From Octopus sinensis (Eukaryota): DNA of 64,000 nt. The position numbers and the translations under genes are program-made. The stretch covers positions 186,001 through 250,000 of the forward strand of contig NW_021830031.1 of the NCBI RefSeq assembly GCF_006345805.1, in the 5' to 3' direction. This document shows, piece after piece, positions 37,361 through 49,465 of the stretch (its first letter is position 1; the number at the start of each line of letters is the position of its first letter). The notes beneath the pieces were generated by a model. That model had not been told where the DNA came from. It did no database searches and saw only the letters and a program-made list of their open reading frames with translations.

Positions 37361-38634
37361 ACTATCAAATTCTTAGTAGAAGGGTATTGTACACACACAT
37401 GCATAAAATAAAGCCCACAAGGGTTACTGTAGGTTCAGTTGAGAGACGTGTATAACAACATACAAACTCGAATCCACACACATACAAACATACCCATCCA
37501 CTACTACAGCCATATGCTGTGGAAAACCATGCATGCATACATACATGGATATATACACACATACACACAGGGAACAAGAACCATAAACAATGCACAATGT
37601 CACACACACACATTTTGAATTAGATATGTACACACAGAGACAGCAACCCACATACACAAACACACAGAGCCATCTCAGTAGCCCTAGAGGTTCCTGGGAA
37701 GATCATTGTCCTGTGGCATAAAGTATTTATTGATAGTAAACCGGAGTATATAGAGAACAGAATTGGGCCCCTAAGCCACTGTCCAGGGTGCCCATACCTC
37801 CAGACAGTACTGCACATACTCACAAAGAAGGCATGAGAGAGAGAGAGAGCTGTAGAGTACAGATAATAAATAAATAAAATAAAAAAACTGGCAGTGGCTG
37901 TGTGGTAAGTAACCTACTAACCAACCACATGGTTCTGGGTTCAGTCCCACTGTGTGGCAGCTTGGGCAAGTATCTTCTACTATTGCCACGTGCCGACCTA
38001 AGCCTTGTGAGTGGATTTGGTACATGGAAACTGTAAAGAAGCCTGTCATACATATATATATATGTGTGTGTGTGTGTGTTTCTTTATTACCCACAAGGGG
38101 CTAAACATAGAAGAGACAAACAAGGACAGACAAATGGATTAAGTCCATTACATTGACCCTGGTGCATAACTGGTACTTAATTTATTGACCCCGAAAGGAT
38201 GAAAGGCAAAGTCAACCTCGGCGGAATTTGAACTCAGAACCTAACAGCAGACGAAATACGGCTACGCATTTCGCCTGGCGTGATAACGGTTCTGCCAGCT
38301 CGCCATGTTTGTCCCCCTCCTCACCATCGCTTGACAAACGATGTTGGTGTGTTTATGTCCTGTAACTTACCAGTTTGACAAAAGAGACTGATAGAGTAAG
38401 TACTAGGCTTATAAAGAATAAGTCCTGGAGCCGATATTTAGTCGACTAAAGGCGGTGCTCCAGCATGGCTGCAGTCAAATGACTGAAACAAATAAAAGAA
38501 TAAAATCACACATACACAACCACACATGCATAGACACAGACACAACCATACACCATAGAGTAGAGAATGGTGTAGCATCCAGAAATTTTAAAAAAAAGAA
38601 CAAAAAATAAGAGAAAAAAAGAAAACCAATTTAC

Positions 38635-38731
38635 CAGTTCCACATCCAGTATTTTAGGTTTCTGTGGAAGTAAAACATTTTTTTTGTAGAGAGGATCTGC
38701 ATTGCGCTGTTTCACATCCATTTCTTGGAGT
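38635..38731 (-). CDS. SNAPC3: SNAPC3 coding exon 3 (LQEMDVKQRNADPLYKKNVLLPQKPKILDVEL)
   Basis: atctcag / CTG|gtaaat; phase 2-0 keeps the frame. Confidence 0.72.
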
Positions 38732-38790
38732 CTGAGATTAGTTAAAGATTGAATATATATATATATACATATATCATCATCATTTTTGTC

Positions 38791-39304
38791 ATTTACATTA
38801 TTTACATTTGACAGATATTTGTCCTCATCTTGTTAGTTGTTAACACAATGTTTCGGCTGATATACCTTCCAGGTATCATCAGGTGTCTTGGGGAAATTTC
38901 AAACCTGGGTTCTCATTCCTAAGATATATTTTGATGTTATTATTATTTTTATTCAGGTTACTGCTTTGAATCTAACTCGGAATCTTGGGTTTAGTAGCCC
39001 ACGCTCTTAACCACTATGCCATATTCTGAGTTCGATTCCAGGCAGTGACCTGAACAACAACAGCAACAGCAGCAGCAGCAGCAGCAACAGCAACAACAAC
39101 AACAACAACAACAACATTAACATTGAAAAATACCTTAGGAATGAGAACCCAGGTTCGAAATTTCTCCAAGACACCTGATGAAGGCTGGAGGGTATATCAG
39201 CCGAAACATTGTGTTAACAACAAACAAGATGAGGACAAATATCTGTCAAATGTAAATAATGTAAATAATTACATAATTCATCATCTCTTAAATATAGAAC
39301 TGTA
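38791..39304. mobile_element. Head-to-head inverted pair of family H (copy 3 on -, 38791-39024; copy 4 on +, 39024-39304, 5'-truncated at the B box)
   Basis: Arms are reverse complements; hammerhead motifs at 38842-38887(-) and 39170-39215(+). Confidence 0.85.
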
Positions 39305-39469
39305 TTTTTGTCATTGTTTTAACATGAAATTTTTCCATGCTTACATGGAAAAGTGATAGGAAATATAGAGAGTAACCAAAGAATAGAAAGGGACAGAGTT
39401 TATTGGGGCAGAGTTTCAATGGCCAGATTCCCTTTCCTGTTACCAACCCATTGTGGAGGCACATGACTT

Positions 39470-39858
39470 GGATGGAAGCACTCCGTCGGTTACGACGACG
39501 AGCGTTCCGGTTGATCCGAATCAACGGAACAGCCTGCTCGTGAAATTAACGTGTAAGTGGCTGAGCACTCCACAGACACGTGTACCCTTAAAGTAGTTCT
39601 CGAGGATATTCAGCGTGACACAGAGAGTGACAAGGCCGGCCATTTGAAATACAGGTACAACAGAAACAGGAAGTAAGAGTGAGAGAAAGTTGTGGTGAAA
39701 GAGTACAGCAGGGATCACCACCATCCCCTGCCGGAGCCTCGTGGAGCTTTAGGTGTTTTCGCTCAATAAACACTCACAACGTCTGGTCTGGGAATCGAAA
39801 CCGCGATCCTATGACCGCGAGTCCGCTGCCCTAACCACTGGGCCATTGCGCCTCCACT
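39470..39858 (-). mobile_element. tRNA-derived SINE family B (GGAGGCGCAATGGCCCAGTGGTTAG head), full length
   Basis: 14-bp TSD GAGGCACATGACTT; related copies at about 1960-2290, 5590-5825, 28400-28635(-), 31623-31925, 35293-35585, 46298-46645(-), 52612-52930, 54113-54380(-), 54660-54930(-); several carry a CORE-like CTTGAGCAAGACACT...AAAAATGAGT segment. Confidence 0.9.
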
Positions 39859-40841
39859 GAGGCACATGACTTAACCCTTTTGTTACTGTATTTATTTTGA
39901 GATGATCTGTGTTGTGTTTCTTTCAATTAATTTTAAATATAACAAAGAATTTAGTAAAATAACTTAGTTATCATTAAGCTAATGTTAGGAACATAAATTG
40001 CGACGAAGGTTTGGTGGAAGATTTTAATTAAGAACTTATGGGAACGAGACATCTGTACTACAGAGCCAGAGCCAGTTTCAGCCGGGTTGGTAATGAAAGG
40101 GTTAAAGTGTTGGACTTATGATTGTAAGGTTGTGGTTTCGATTCCTGGACTGAGTGGTGTGTTGAGTTCTTGAGCAAAATACTTCATTTCACATTGCTCC
40201 AATCTACTCAGCTGGCAAAAATGAGTAATCTTGTGAGAGATCAGCTTCCAGTTCCCGGTGGAATGTCTATCTATCCATTCATCTACCTGTCTATGTATGT
40301 GTATTATCTATCTATCTATCCCTCGATCTGCCTATGTATGTGTGTGTGTGTGTGTCTGTCTATCTATCTATCTATCTACACCATCATCATCATCGTCATT
40401 TAACGTCCACTTTCCATGCTAGCATGGGTTGGACGATTTTGACTGAGGGCTGGCGAACCAGATGGCTGTACCAGGCTCCAATCTTGATCTAGCAGAGTTT
40501 CTACAGCTGGATGCCTTTCCTAACGCCAACCACTCCGAGAGTGTAGTGGGTGCCTTTTACACACACATATATATATATATATTTATTTTATAGAAGGAGC
40601 TTCTACAGGACTAGTATCTTATTTACTGTGGTTAACCCCGACTCAACCCGGGACCTACATATATATATATATATCATCATCATCATCATCATCATCATTT
40701 AACGTCCGCTTTCCATGCTAGCATGGTTGGACGGTTCAACTGGGGTCTGGGGAGCCCGAAGCTGCACCAGTCCAGTCAGATCTGGCAGTGTTTCTACAGC
40801 TGGATGCCCTTCCTAACGCCAACCACTCCGAGAGTGTAGTG

Positions 40842-41153
40842 GGTGATTTTATGTGCCACCGACACAGGTGCCAGACGAGGCTGACAAACGGCCACGCTCG
40901 GATGGTGTTTTTATGTGCCACCGACACAGGTGCCAGACGAGGCTGGCAGACGGCCATGCTCGGATGGTGTTTTTATGTGCCACCACCGACACAAGTGCCA
41001 GACGAGGCTGGCAGACGGCCACGCTCGGATGGTGTTTTTATGTGCCACCGACACAGGTGCCAGACGAGGCTGGCAGACGGCCACGCTCGGATGGTGTTTT
41101 TATGTGCCACCGCACAGGTGCCAGATGAGGCTGGCAAATGGCCACGATCGGAT
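40842..41153. repeat. 62-bp minisatellite, 5 tandem units plus a sixth at about 41430-41498
   Basis: Unit GGTGTTTTTATGTGCCACCGACACAGGTGCCAGACGAGGCTGGCAGACGGCCACGCTCGGAT, continuous with a family D element. Confidence 0.92.
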
Positions 41154-41849
41154 GTGCTTGTTACGTGCCCACAGCACGGAGGCCAGTCGATGCGGTACTG
41201 GCTACGGCCACGTTCGGATGGTTTTCTTATGTGCCACGTGCCACCGGCACTGGTACCACAAAGATACAAATTCCATTGATGTTCATCTATTTTGATTTGT
41301 TTTGATTTGATTTTCACTTGCCTCAACAGGTCTTCACAAGTGTCACAAGAAGGAAGGTATGCACAGGTGGACTGACTACGTCCCAGGTAGGGGCCATGGG
41401 TTATGGCCTGACTAGTCTTGCCGGGTCTTCGGATGGTGTTTTTATGTGCCACCGACACAGGTGCTAGATGAGGCTGGCGAACGGCCACGATCGGATGGTG
41501 TTTGTCATGTGCCCATATGTATTTACATGCATGCACTCAGTTCGTGTCAAATGGGTGGCCCTGAGAAGGGTGTCCAGATATTAGAATGCATGCTAAGAAA
41601 GGAACAAGAAACAAAGATGACATGGACTTCACAAGTCTTAGTAACCTAAGAGAATGGTACCACCAAAAAATAAAAATATAAATTGATACCAGGTACAAAG
41701 TACCATTATGCATTGAAGGATATGACGTAAAGTGGTTGGATGAAAGGAATGGTATGGAACCATAGAGACCATGTCATACAACAACAACAACAACAAAGAT
41801 CGGTAGGTCTGTGTGTGTGTGTGTGACATAACAATGGAGAATGATGATT

Positions 41850-42360
41850 TATTGAAGCCATGCCAGATGATGATGATGCCAGAATGGAAAAGTGATGATG
41901 ATGATGATAATGAAAAAGATGATGATAATGATGACATGATGATGGTGATCATGATGGCTACAATGAGATGAGTATGATGCTGGGGATCACTACGATGGTG
42001 ATGATGATGGCGGCGGTGGTTATGGTTATGATGATGATGGTGGTTATTACGATGGAGATGATAATGACGACGAGGATGATTAAAGTTGTTAATGAGGAAA
42101 GTTGGTGTTTAAGAAAACAAATGTATATAACAACATGAGGAGCAACAAAAAAAGCCCAGTGGCAGTAGTAGTGGTAATAACAGTAGCGGTAGCAACAGCA
42201 GTTGTAGTAACAGTAGTAGGAGTGGAGTAGTGGTGGTAGTAGTAGTTGCAGCAGCAGTAGTATTAATAAGAGCAGAAGCAGCAGCAGTAGAAGGAGTAGT
42301 AACAGGAGCAGGAATAGTAGTAGTCGTAGTAGTAGTAGTAGTAGCAGCAGTAGTAGTTGT
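41850..42360. repeat. Compound GAT/GTA/GCA trinucleotide tract
   Basis: Seen directly in the sequence. Confidence 0.85.
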
Positions 42361-42535
42361 AGGGCACAGGAGTGGCTGTGTGGTAAGTAGCTTGCTTACC
42401 AACCACATGGTTCCGGGTTCATTCCCACTGCGTGGCACCTTGGGCAAGTGCCTTCTACTATAGCCTCAGGTTGACCAAAGCATTGTGAATGGATTTGGTA
42501 GATGGAAACTGAAAGAAACTCGTCGTATATATGTT

Positions 42536-42570
<35 letters not shown>

Positions 42571-43133
42571 CTGTGTTTGTCCCCCCCAACATCGCTTAAC
42601 AATTTGGAATTTACTTTATCTGTAATATATATTTATAGGCGCAGGAGTGGCTGTGTGGTAAGTAGCTTGCTTACCAACCAAATGGTTCTGGGTTCAGTCC
42701 CACTGCATGGCACCTTGGGCAAGTGTCTTCTACTATAGCCTCAGGCCAACCAAAGACTTGTGAGTGGATTTGGCAGACGGAAACTGAAAAAAGTCTGTCG
42801 TATATATGTGTGTGTATATATATGTATGTGTGTGTATATGTTTGTGTGTCTGTGTTTGACACCCCCAACATTGCTTGACAACCAATGGTGGCATGTTTAT
42901 GTCCTAGTAACTTAGCGGTTTGGCAAAAGAGACCAACAAAATAAGTACTAGGCTTCCAAAGAATAAGTCCTGGGGTCAATTTGTTTGACTAAAGGTGGTA
43001 CTCCAGCATGGCCGCAATCAAATGACTGAAACAAGTAAAAGAGTAGTAGTAGAAGTGACAGCAATGACAGTATAACAACAAGAAGAACAACGACCATCAC
43101 AACAAGAAAAGAAATGGAGAGGAGTAAACTTAC

Positions 43134-43223
43134 TTGACTGACATGAGCTTTACATCATCTGTGAAGATATTCAGACAAGGGAATCTGGCTTTTATTTCAT
43201 CTCCAGAAAACAACAACTGGTCA
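43134..43223 (-). CDS. SNAPC3: SNAPC3 coding exon 2 (DQLLFSGDEIKARFPCLNIFTDDVKLMSVK)
   Basis: cttatag / AA|gtaagt; phase 2-2. Confidence 0.75.
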
Positions 43224-44713
43224 CTATAAGAGACAAACAGACAGACAGAGAGAAAGAAGATGTACACATACATACATACAAACGTGCACATAATTTTTGG
43301 AACAGTGGATCTGGAAGCAGATAAAGCTACAAATAATATAATTATTTCAAATTTTAGCCACAAAGGCAGCTTGGGGGAGGTGGGGGATGAGACGATGACC
43401 TTCATGCCCAGTGTTCAACTGGTACTTATTTTATCGATCCCAAAAGGATGAAAGGCTAAGTTGACCTGATAACATAAAGACAGATGAAATCCCACTAAGC
43501 ATTTCGCCAAGCGTGCTAACGTTTCAGCTGGCTTGCCGTCATATGAAATAATAGTAATAATTATTAGTATTATTCCACCGGGTTGATAAATTAAGTACCA
43601 GTTACATACTGGGGGTTGATCTAATCGACTGGTACCCCCACCCTGCCCCAATTTCAGGCCTTGTGCGTACAGTAGAAAAGTGTATGGCCAAGTGTAAGGG
43701 GGCAAGCTGGCTGAAACATTGGCATGCCGGACAAAATGCTTAGCGGTATTTCGTCTGTCATTATGTTCTGAGTTCAAATTCATCCTTCGTGGGTGTGGAG
43801 GCAATAAATTAAGTACTAATTGCGTACTGGCATTGATCTAATCGACTGGCCCCTACCCAAAAAATTTCGGGCCTTCTGCCTTGAGTAGAAAAGAATAATA
43901 ATTATTTCAAATTTTTGCCACAAGGGCAGTTCAGTTACGTTTATATGAACAAACGAGTGTATCTGAAGCATGTATACTTCATGGCACCACCATAATCGTT
44001 CGTGCTTCATTTTTGATTTTTTTCCGCAACTCTAACCCTAAAACCTCAACCCCTTAAAGTTAAAACCAGTACAAACGCACGAATGATATCATAAATAACA
44101 GTGACAAACGAAATATACACCGCCGTAAGTTGTCGTTGACAAACAACAGCATCAATTTTATTCAGCTGAATACATGCCATTGATTGGTTGAAATTACCGA
44201 AATACGACAACTTTAACAAAAAAAATAACTTACAAAATACAGAATTTTCTCAACAACGCCAAGAGTAAAAGATGTTATATGTGACACATTCTATCAGTAT
44301 ACGAAGTTTGAAAGTGTTAGTTACAAAAAATTATTTTTTAAATCTGTCGGTCAAAAGGTAAAGATCCTATATTTATGTTAAAAACGTGGTTTCTTTTACC
44401 GAACCGTTAAGTTACGGGAACTTAAACACACCAATACCAGTTGACAAGCAGTGGTGGGACACAAACACACTGATACATGTACACATCCGACAGGCTTCTT
44501 TCAGTTTCCGTCCACCACATCCATTCACAAGGCTTTGGTCAGTCGAATGCTATAGTAGAAGACACTTGCTCAAGGCTGCTACGCAGTGGAACTGAACCCA
44601 GAACCATGTAGTTAGTAAGCAAACTTCTTACGCCTTCCAAAATCCCATGTGGACCCCCAAAGGTCATAAGGGCCTCAGTTGAGAACCACTGATATCAGCA
44701 AGCTCTAACTCAC

Positions 44714-44925
44714 CTACAATTCACAGCTTGTCTGTAATAGTCAGCATCATTTAGGTCCATAGCATCTTGGATGTATTGCTTCTCAGACTTAACAGTACCA
44801 AGATCATATTCCGACATTTGCTTCCAGGATTCGATAAATTCGCTGATTTTAATTAATTCTCCGCTTGTTCCTTGAAACGGTACTTCACTGGATGCAGAAG
44901 GTTTTGAAGACTGACGCGTGGCCAT
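44714..44925 (-). CDS. SNAPC3: SNAPC3 coding exon 1 (MATRQSSKPS...YRQAVNC)
   Basis: ATG 6 nt after a ttccatcag acceptor (exon starts 44931), so a 5' UTR exon lies upstream; AG|gtgagt donor; phase joins exon 2. Confidence 0.75.
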
Positions 44926-45111
44926 AGTTTTCTGATGGAACAAGAAATTAAATGAGATTTAGAAATATTCACACAAAAGACTAAGGTTCACAACTTTGTG
45001 GATTAAATTTAGTTCGTTAAAAAAAAACAAAAAAACAGACAACCTTTAAAATATAATTTTGGGATCAGTGTTACTTCGTCGCGTAATTTTAGTTGTTTTA
45101 TAATTAATATT

Positions 45112-45510
45112 GGCGATCTTTCGTCTCTAGTAGACCTTTCCGTCGATTTCCGTAAAAATTTTTTTTTTTTTTACATATGGGCTTGCGGGAACTTTTGAAG
45201 TAATATACATACATATACACATACACCGAGTAAAAAATTTCAGTTATCTCTTTCTTTCACACACACTAACAGAAGCACTTCACTTACACAACATACTGTC
45301 TCTCTCCCACACCCCATCAAACACACACACACATGTACATCAATGCTTGCCATGCACGGTAACTTCAAAAGAACTTCCCTCGTCATAAAATGGCTTTCTT
45401 TTAGTCGTTTTCGCTCTCATTACTTCAAAAGTTCCCGCAAGCCCATATGTAAAAAAAAAAAAAAATTTACGGAAATCGACAGAAAGGTCTACTAGAGACG
45501 AAAGATTGCC
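45112..45510. mobile_element. MITE with about 93-bp near-perfect TIRs (GGCGATCTTTCGTCTCTAGTAGACC...)
   Basis: 45112-45204 is the reverse complement of 45419-45510; TSD unclear. Confidence 0.88.
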
Positions 45511-45516
45511 ATATAT

Positions 45517-45554
<38 letters not shown>

Positions 45555-45599
45555 AAAGAAAGAGAGAGAGAGAGATTATCTAAAGTGATTTAGAAATGT

Positions 45600-46130
45600 T
45601 CAAGAACATGCTGCTTCTGCAGTAAACAATATTTCGTCCCATTGTCGGTGCTAGGGAAATTCTGTGCATGCGTAGATATTCAGGAAGTTTAAAAAAAAAA
45701 AAACTTTTGCAGTGTTAATGGCAGAAAAACCAACAAACCATATATACACGCGCCGAACAGGCTAAATTACTGATGAACTTATTGGTTTACATTTCGATCT
45801 TTGGTTATCGATACATACGTCTGCCGATGTAATAATGAAACCAAAACAATAGGGGAAGATATAAAAATACACTTGGGTATTTTAAGTAAGCGAAACGAAT
45901 ATGTAAATGCTTAAAAGTCACTGAAGAACCAAAGATCACGGGTTATATACACACGTATCTATTAAGAACTTAAATAACTAAGTGCTTAATTAATTTTCTA
46001 TATTTTATTTTGGTAATGCAGAGAAGAGGTGAAGCGGTGCAATTAAAATTAAGAACAGCAACAGTGGTAAATGTAAAAGTCTGGCGTGGTTAATCCGAAT
46101 TATGGAAGCGAAAAATTGAGTATGTGAAAA
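45600..46130. promoter_or_regulatory. Candidate SNAPC3 promoter / non-coding first exon, possibly bidirectional
   Basis: Repeat-free island; minus-strand donor AC|gtatgt at 45818; plus-strand donor GA|gtatgt at 46120; TATCGATA at 45806, ATTGG at 45781, CAGGAAGT at 45691. Confidence 0.35.
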
Positions 46131-47314
46131 ATATTTAAACCATTCACCTCTTTCTAAAGATTTGCCTTTTTTGTTTGTTTGTTTGTTTTTTTTTTATTTT
46201 TGAAAATGGTTTTCGGATTTCTTTATTTTAAATATTGGATATTTCACTGTCCAAGATCGAAGAAAATTTATTTCTTCTCTTTCTTTTACTGACAAAGTGG
46301 CGGTGACCCCCTTCGGTCAGACACTGACCATGGTTTTGCACCTAGAGAGTTACCCTCTGAGGCACAAGTCTGGGCAAGGTTGTTTTTTTTTTATGGAAGA
46401 CCAGCAGTCGCCCATGCATACCGGCCTCCCCTCTCCACGTCACTGATGTTGTCCAAGGGAAAGGCAAGGGCCGATACAGCTTGGCACCTGTGACGTCGCA
46501 ACTCATTTCTACAGCTGAGTGAACTGGAGCAACGTGAGATAAAGTGTCTTGCTCAAGAACACAACACGCAGCCCGGTCCGGGATTCGAGCTCACAACCTC
46601 ACGATCGTAAGCTCGACGGTCTAACCACTGAGCCACGCGCCTTCACTGACAATGTATACATCGCATCATGTTGAGAAAATATAATTTACCATTTACGCAT
46701 AGTGCCGTGTTGTTTTTATAAGCGATTGTTTTATACGACTGTGACACACACACACCCTTTATCGTATATGTAAACAATATTCCGAATATATTTCGTTTTA
46801 ACACCAATTATCTTATCTTTTATTTATTTCAGTAATTGGACTGTGGCCATGCTGGGGCACCGCCTCGAAGGCTTTTAGCCGAACATATCGACCCCATTTC
46901 TTATTATTTCTTGTAAAAATCTGAGACTTATTCTTTTGGTCTCCTACCGAACGGCTAATGTTGTGGAGACGTAAACAAACCAACACTGGTTGTCAAGCGG
47001 TAACGTAGTGGTGGTTAAGAACAAACACACACACGCATTTTTATGTATACAATAAGTTTCGGTTAATATAAAGCGTTACGCATATCAGAAAATATGAGTT
47101 TCCCACTCATTTTCCCTCAACCAAATTCACTCGTCGGTCAACTCGGGTCTATAGTACAAGAGATTTGCCGAAGGTGCTGTGTAGTGGGACTGAACCTGAA
47201 ATTATGGAGGTTGCGAAGCGAGCTCCTTAACCACACAACCATGCCTCGATATCTACTATATTACATAGACAAAAAAGAAAAACAAACAAACACATGAGTT
47301 AGGGTTAGGGTTAA

Positions 47315-47849
47315 CACCTGGCCACACAAAAGAAAGTGTAATAGGTGCAAAAAAATGTATTAAACGAATGTGAAAACAGAAATTTGTGTCAACGAACCGA
47401 GGGAGGGGTGGGGGAGAGGACTTTCAGGAAGTTCTCAAGATCCGATTTTTTCCCTCGAAACTTTTAGGAAAACGGACATCTTTCAATGAAATTTTATATA
47501 AATATCTTTCAAACGTTAATTTTTTTTTCAAATTTTTTTCCATTACACTCAAGCAAAAAACATAATTTATGTATTTCTTTCTCTTTGAAAGCCCTCTCCC
47601 CATTCCCTCGGAAAAAAAATTCTTCTTTATAATTGTAATCTATGCCGTTTGAAAGGTATTTATATAGAATTTCATTAAAAGATACCCATTTTATTAAGAG
47701 ATATGAGGAGAAAAAATCGGATCTTGTGAAGTTTCCGAAAGTCCTCTCTCCACCTCCCGATTCGTTGGCGCAAATTTTTGCTTTCATATTAGTTTAATAC
47801 ACATCTTTTTACACTTACAACACTTTTTCTTTGTTTTGGTGGCCGGGTG
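47315..47849. mobile_element. Foldback MITE with TTAA TSD and about 200-bp imperfect TIRs
   Basis: TTAA|CACCTGGCC...GGCCGGGTG|TTAA; arms alignable to about 47515 and 47640. Confidence 0.85.
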
Positions 47850-48150
47850 TTAAAGTAAACATTAACCAATACATGTATTCCGTAACGATTATAATATTTA
47901 TTTAAAAAAATTTGTTTCCCATAATAGTTTAAGAAAGAGGAAATCTAGTACGGAGTCTTTTTTGGTGCTCATACACTTCAATATTCCTCACTTATCATAA
48001 AATGCATTGTCGTCGTCGCCTAAACAATCTTCCCGCCAACGACTTATTTGTGCAATAGACAGTCTCGAAAGTTAATCAAATAATTTTAACTACGAAAGAA
48101 AATATCTTGATATTTGTGTTTATCGTTGAATTTTGACGATGAAATTATTC

Positions 48151-48182
<32 letters not shown>

Positions 48183-48439
48183 TTATTATTCTTTTACTTG
48201 TTTCATTCATTGGATTGCGGTCATGCTGTGGCACCGCCTTTAAAGATTTTGGACGAATAAATCGATTCTAATACTTGGTCTCTTTTGCCGGATTGCTAAA
48301 TTACGGGGACATAAACAAAACAGCACCGGTTACAAAACGGTGTAGGGACGAACAGAAATTATACATGTGAAAAATAGGATAGTTTTCATAGTGGAAACTA
48401 AAGTTGTTGAGAATGTTGGAAATTGAAATAGATCTTCCT

Positions 48440-49045
48440 ACAAAAGATGGGGAAAAACTTCCGCCCGCCCCACCCATTTTCTCGGAAATTTGTTTTATTA
48501 AAAATTTTTTTTTGCGAAAAAGAATTTTTTTTTTTCGGATACGGAGGTTCTGGAAAATTGCAAAAAGTCGGCATTGTTAAAATTTCCTCCTTTTTCCTCC
48601 ATCAGATTCTTCAATTTTGACTTTTTCCCCCACCCTTACCCTAACCCTAAAATTCTAAAACCCTAACCCTAACACTAACCCTAACCCTAACTGTAACGCT
48701 AACCGTAACTACTGAGATGTTTTGAAATTTTCCGTATATTTAGAAAAAAAAAAAAATTCTTAAAAATAAAAATTTAACAAAGATTTTTTGAATTTTTTTC
48801 AGAATCATAATCTCCGTATTTTTCCGCATATTTAAAAAAAAAAAAAAAAATTTGAAAAAAAGTAAAAAATGAAGGAAATGGGGGTGGGAATTTAAAAATA
48901 CCGATTTTTTACCAGTTTTTTTTTTTTTTTTGCAGATTCGTATTCCCCGTAGCCGAAAAGGTGAGTTTGTATCGAAAAAGAAAAATAAATATTTTTAAAG
49001 GGTAGTTTTTTTTTTTGGGGGGGGGGCGGAAGTTTTGCCAAAGAT
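48440..49045. mobile_element. Unclassified non-autonomous DNA element with subterminal inverted repeats and a (TAACCC)-like tract
   Basis: AAAACTTCCGCCC (about 48454) and GGGCGGAAGTTTT (about 49024); degenerate CCCTAA repeats at 48633-48710. Confidence 0.55.
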
Positions 49046-49465
49046 AGAACAGAAAAAAAAAAAAAAAAATAAAACAAAAACGAAACTGTGTTGTGAAGGT
49101 GGGAAAAATAATGTTTTATACAATTATTCACTGACACTTGATAGGGTTAAGCATGGCGCCATATTTGAATTCGGTCAGCTTAAAATATTTCATGTTTCGA
49201 TGCTGCATAGTATTTCAGTGATTTATTTCTGAATGGTGGAGGGTTGAAGTTTTTCCCCTCTTTTCAAACTTTTATTTCTACAGGAAGATCTTTGTGTGCG
49301 AGATTCGTGCCCTATTTTCTGCAGAAGATAGGCCTGGAACCAAGTCAACCGAAGAGAGCCATTGAAGGTGATTGTCATGGCAGCTGAAACCAGATCATCG
49401 CACTGTTTGACAACCACTGCTGGTTTGTTTACGTCATTGTAACCTAGTATTTCGATAAAAGATTC

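Noticed and set aside
36767-37404. His/Thr-rich 195-206 aa ORFs (also 60961-61387, 55503-55989, 63330-63859, 42109-42463)
   Set aside because: They are translations of microsatellites.
40842-41153. CRISPR-like regular repeats
   Set aside because: These are head-to-tail units with no unique spacers, in a eukaryote with no cas genes.
44926-44943. N-terminal MFHQKT in the ORF track for SNAPC3
   Set aside because: It starts at a TTG in the polypyrimidine tract, upstream of the acceptor; ATG 44925 is preferred.
48633-48710. Interstitial telomere (TAACCC)n
   Set aside because: Short, degenerate and inside a non-autonomous DNA element; similar motifs occur in other MITEs here.
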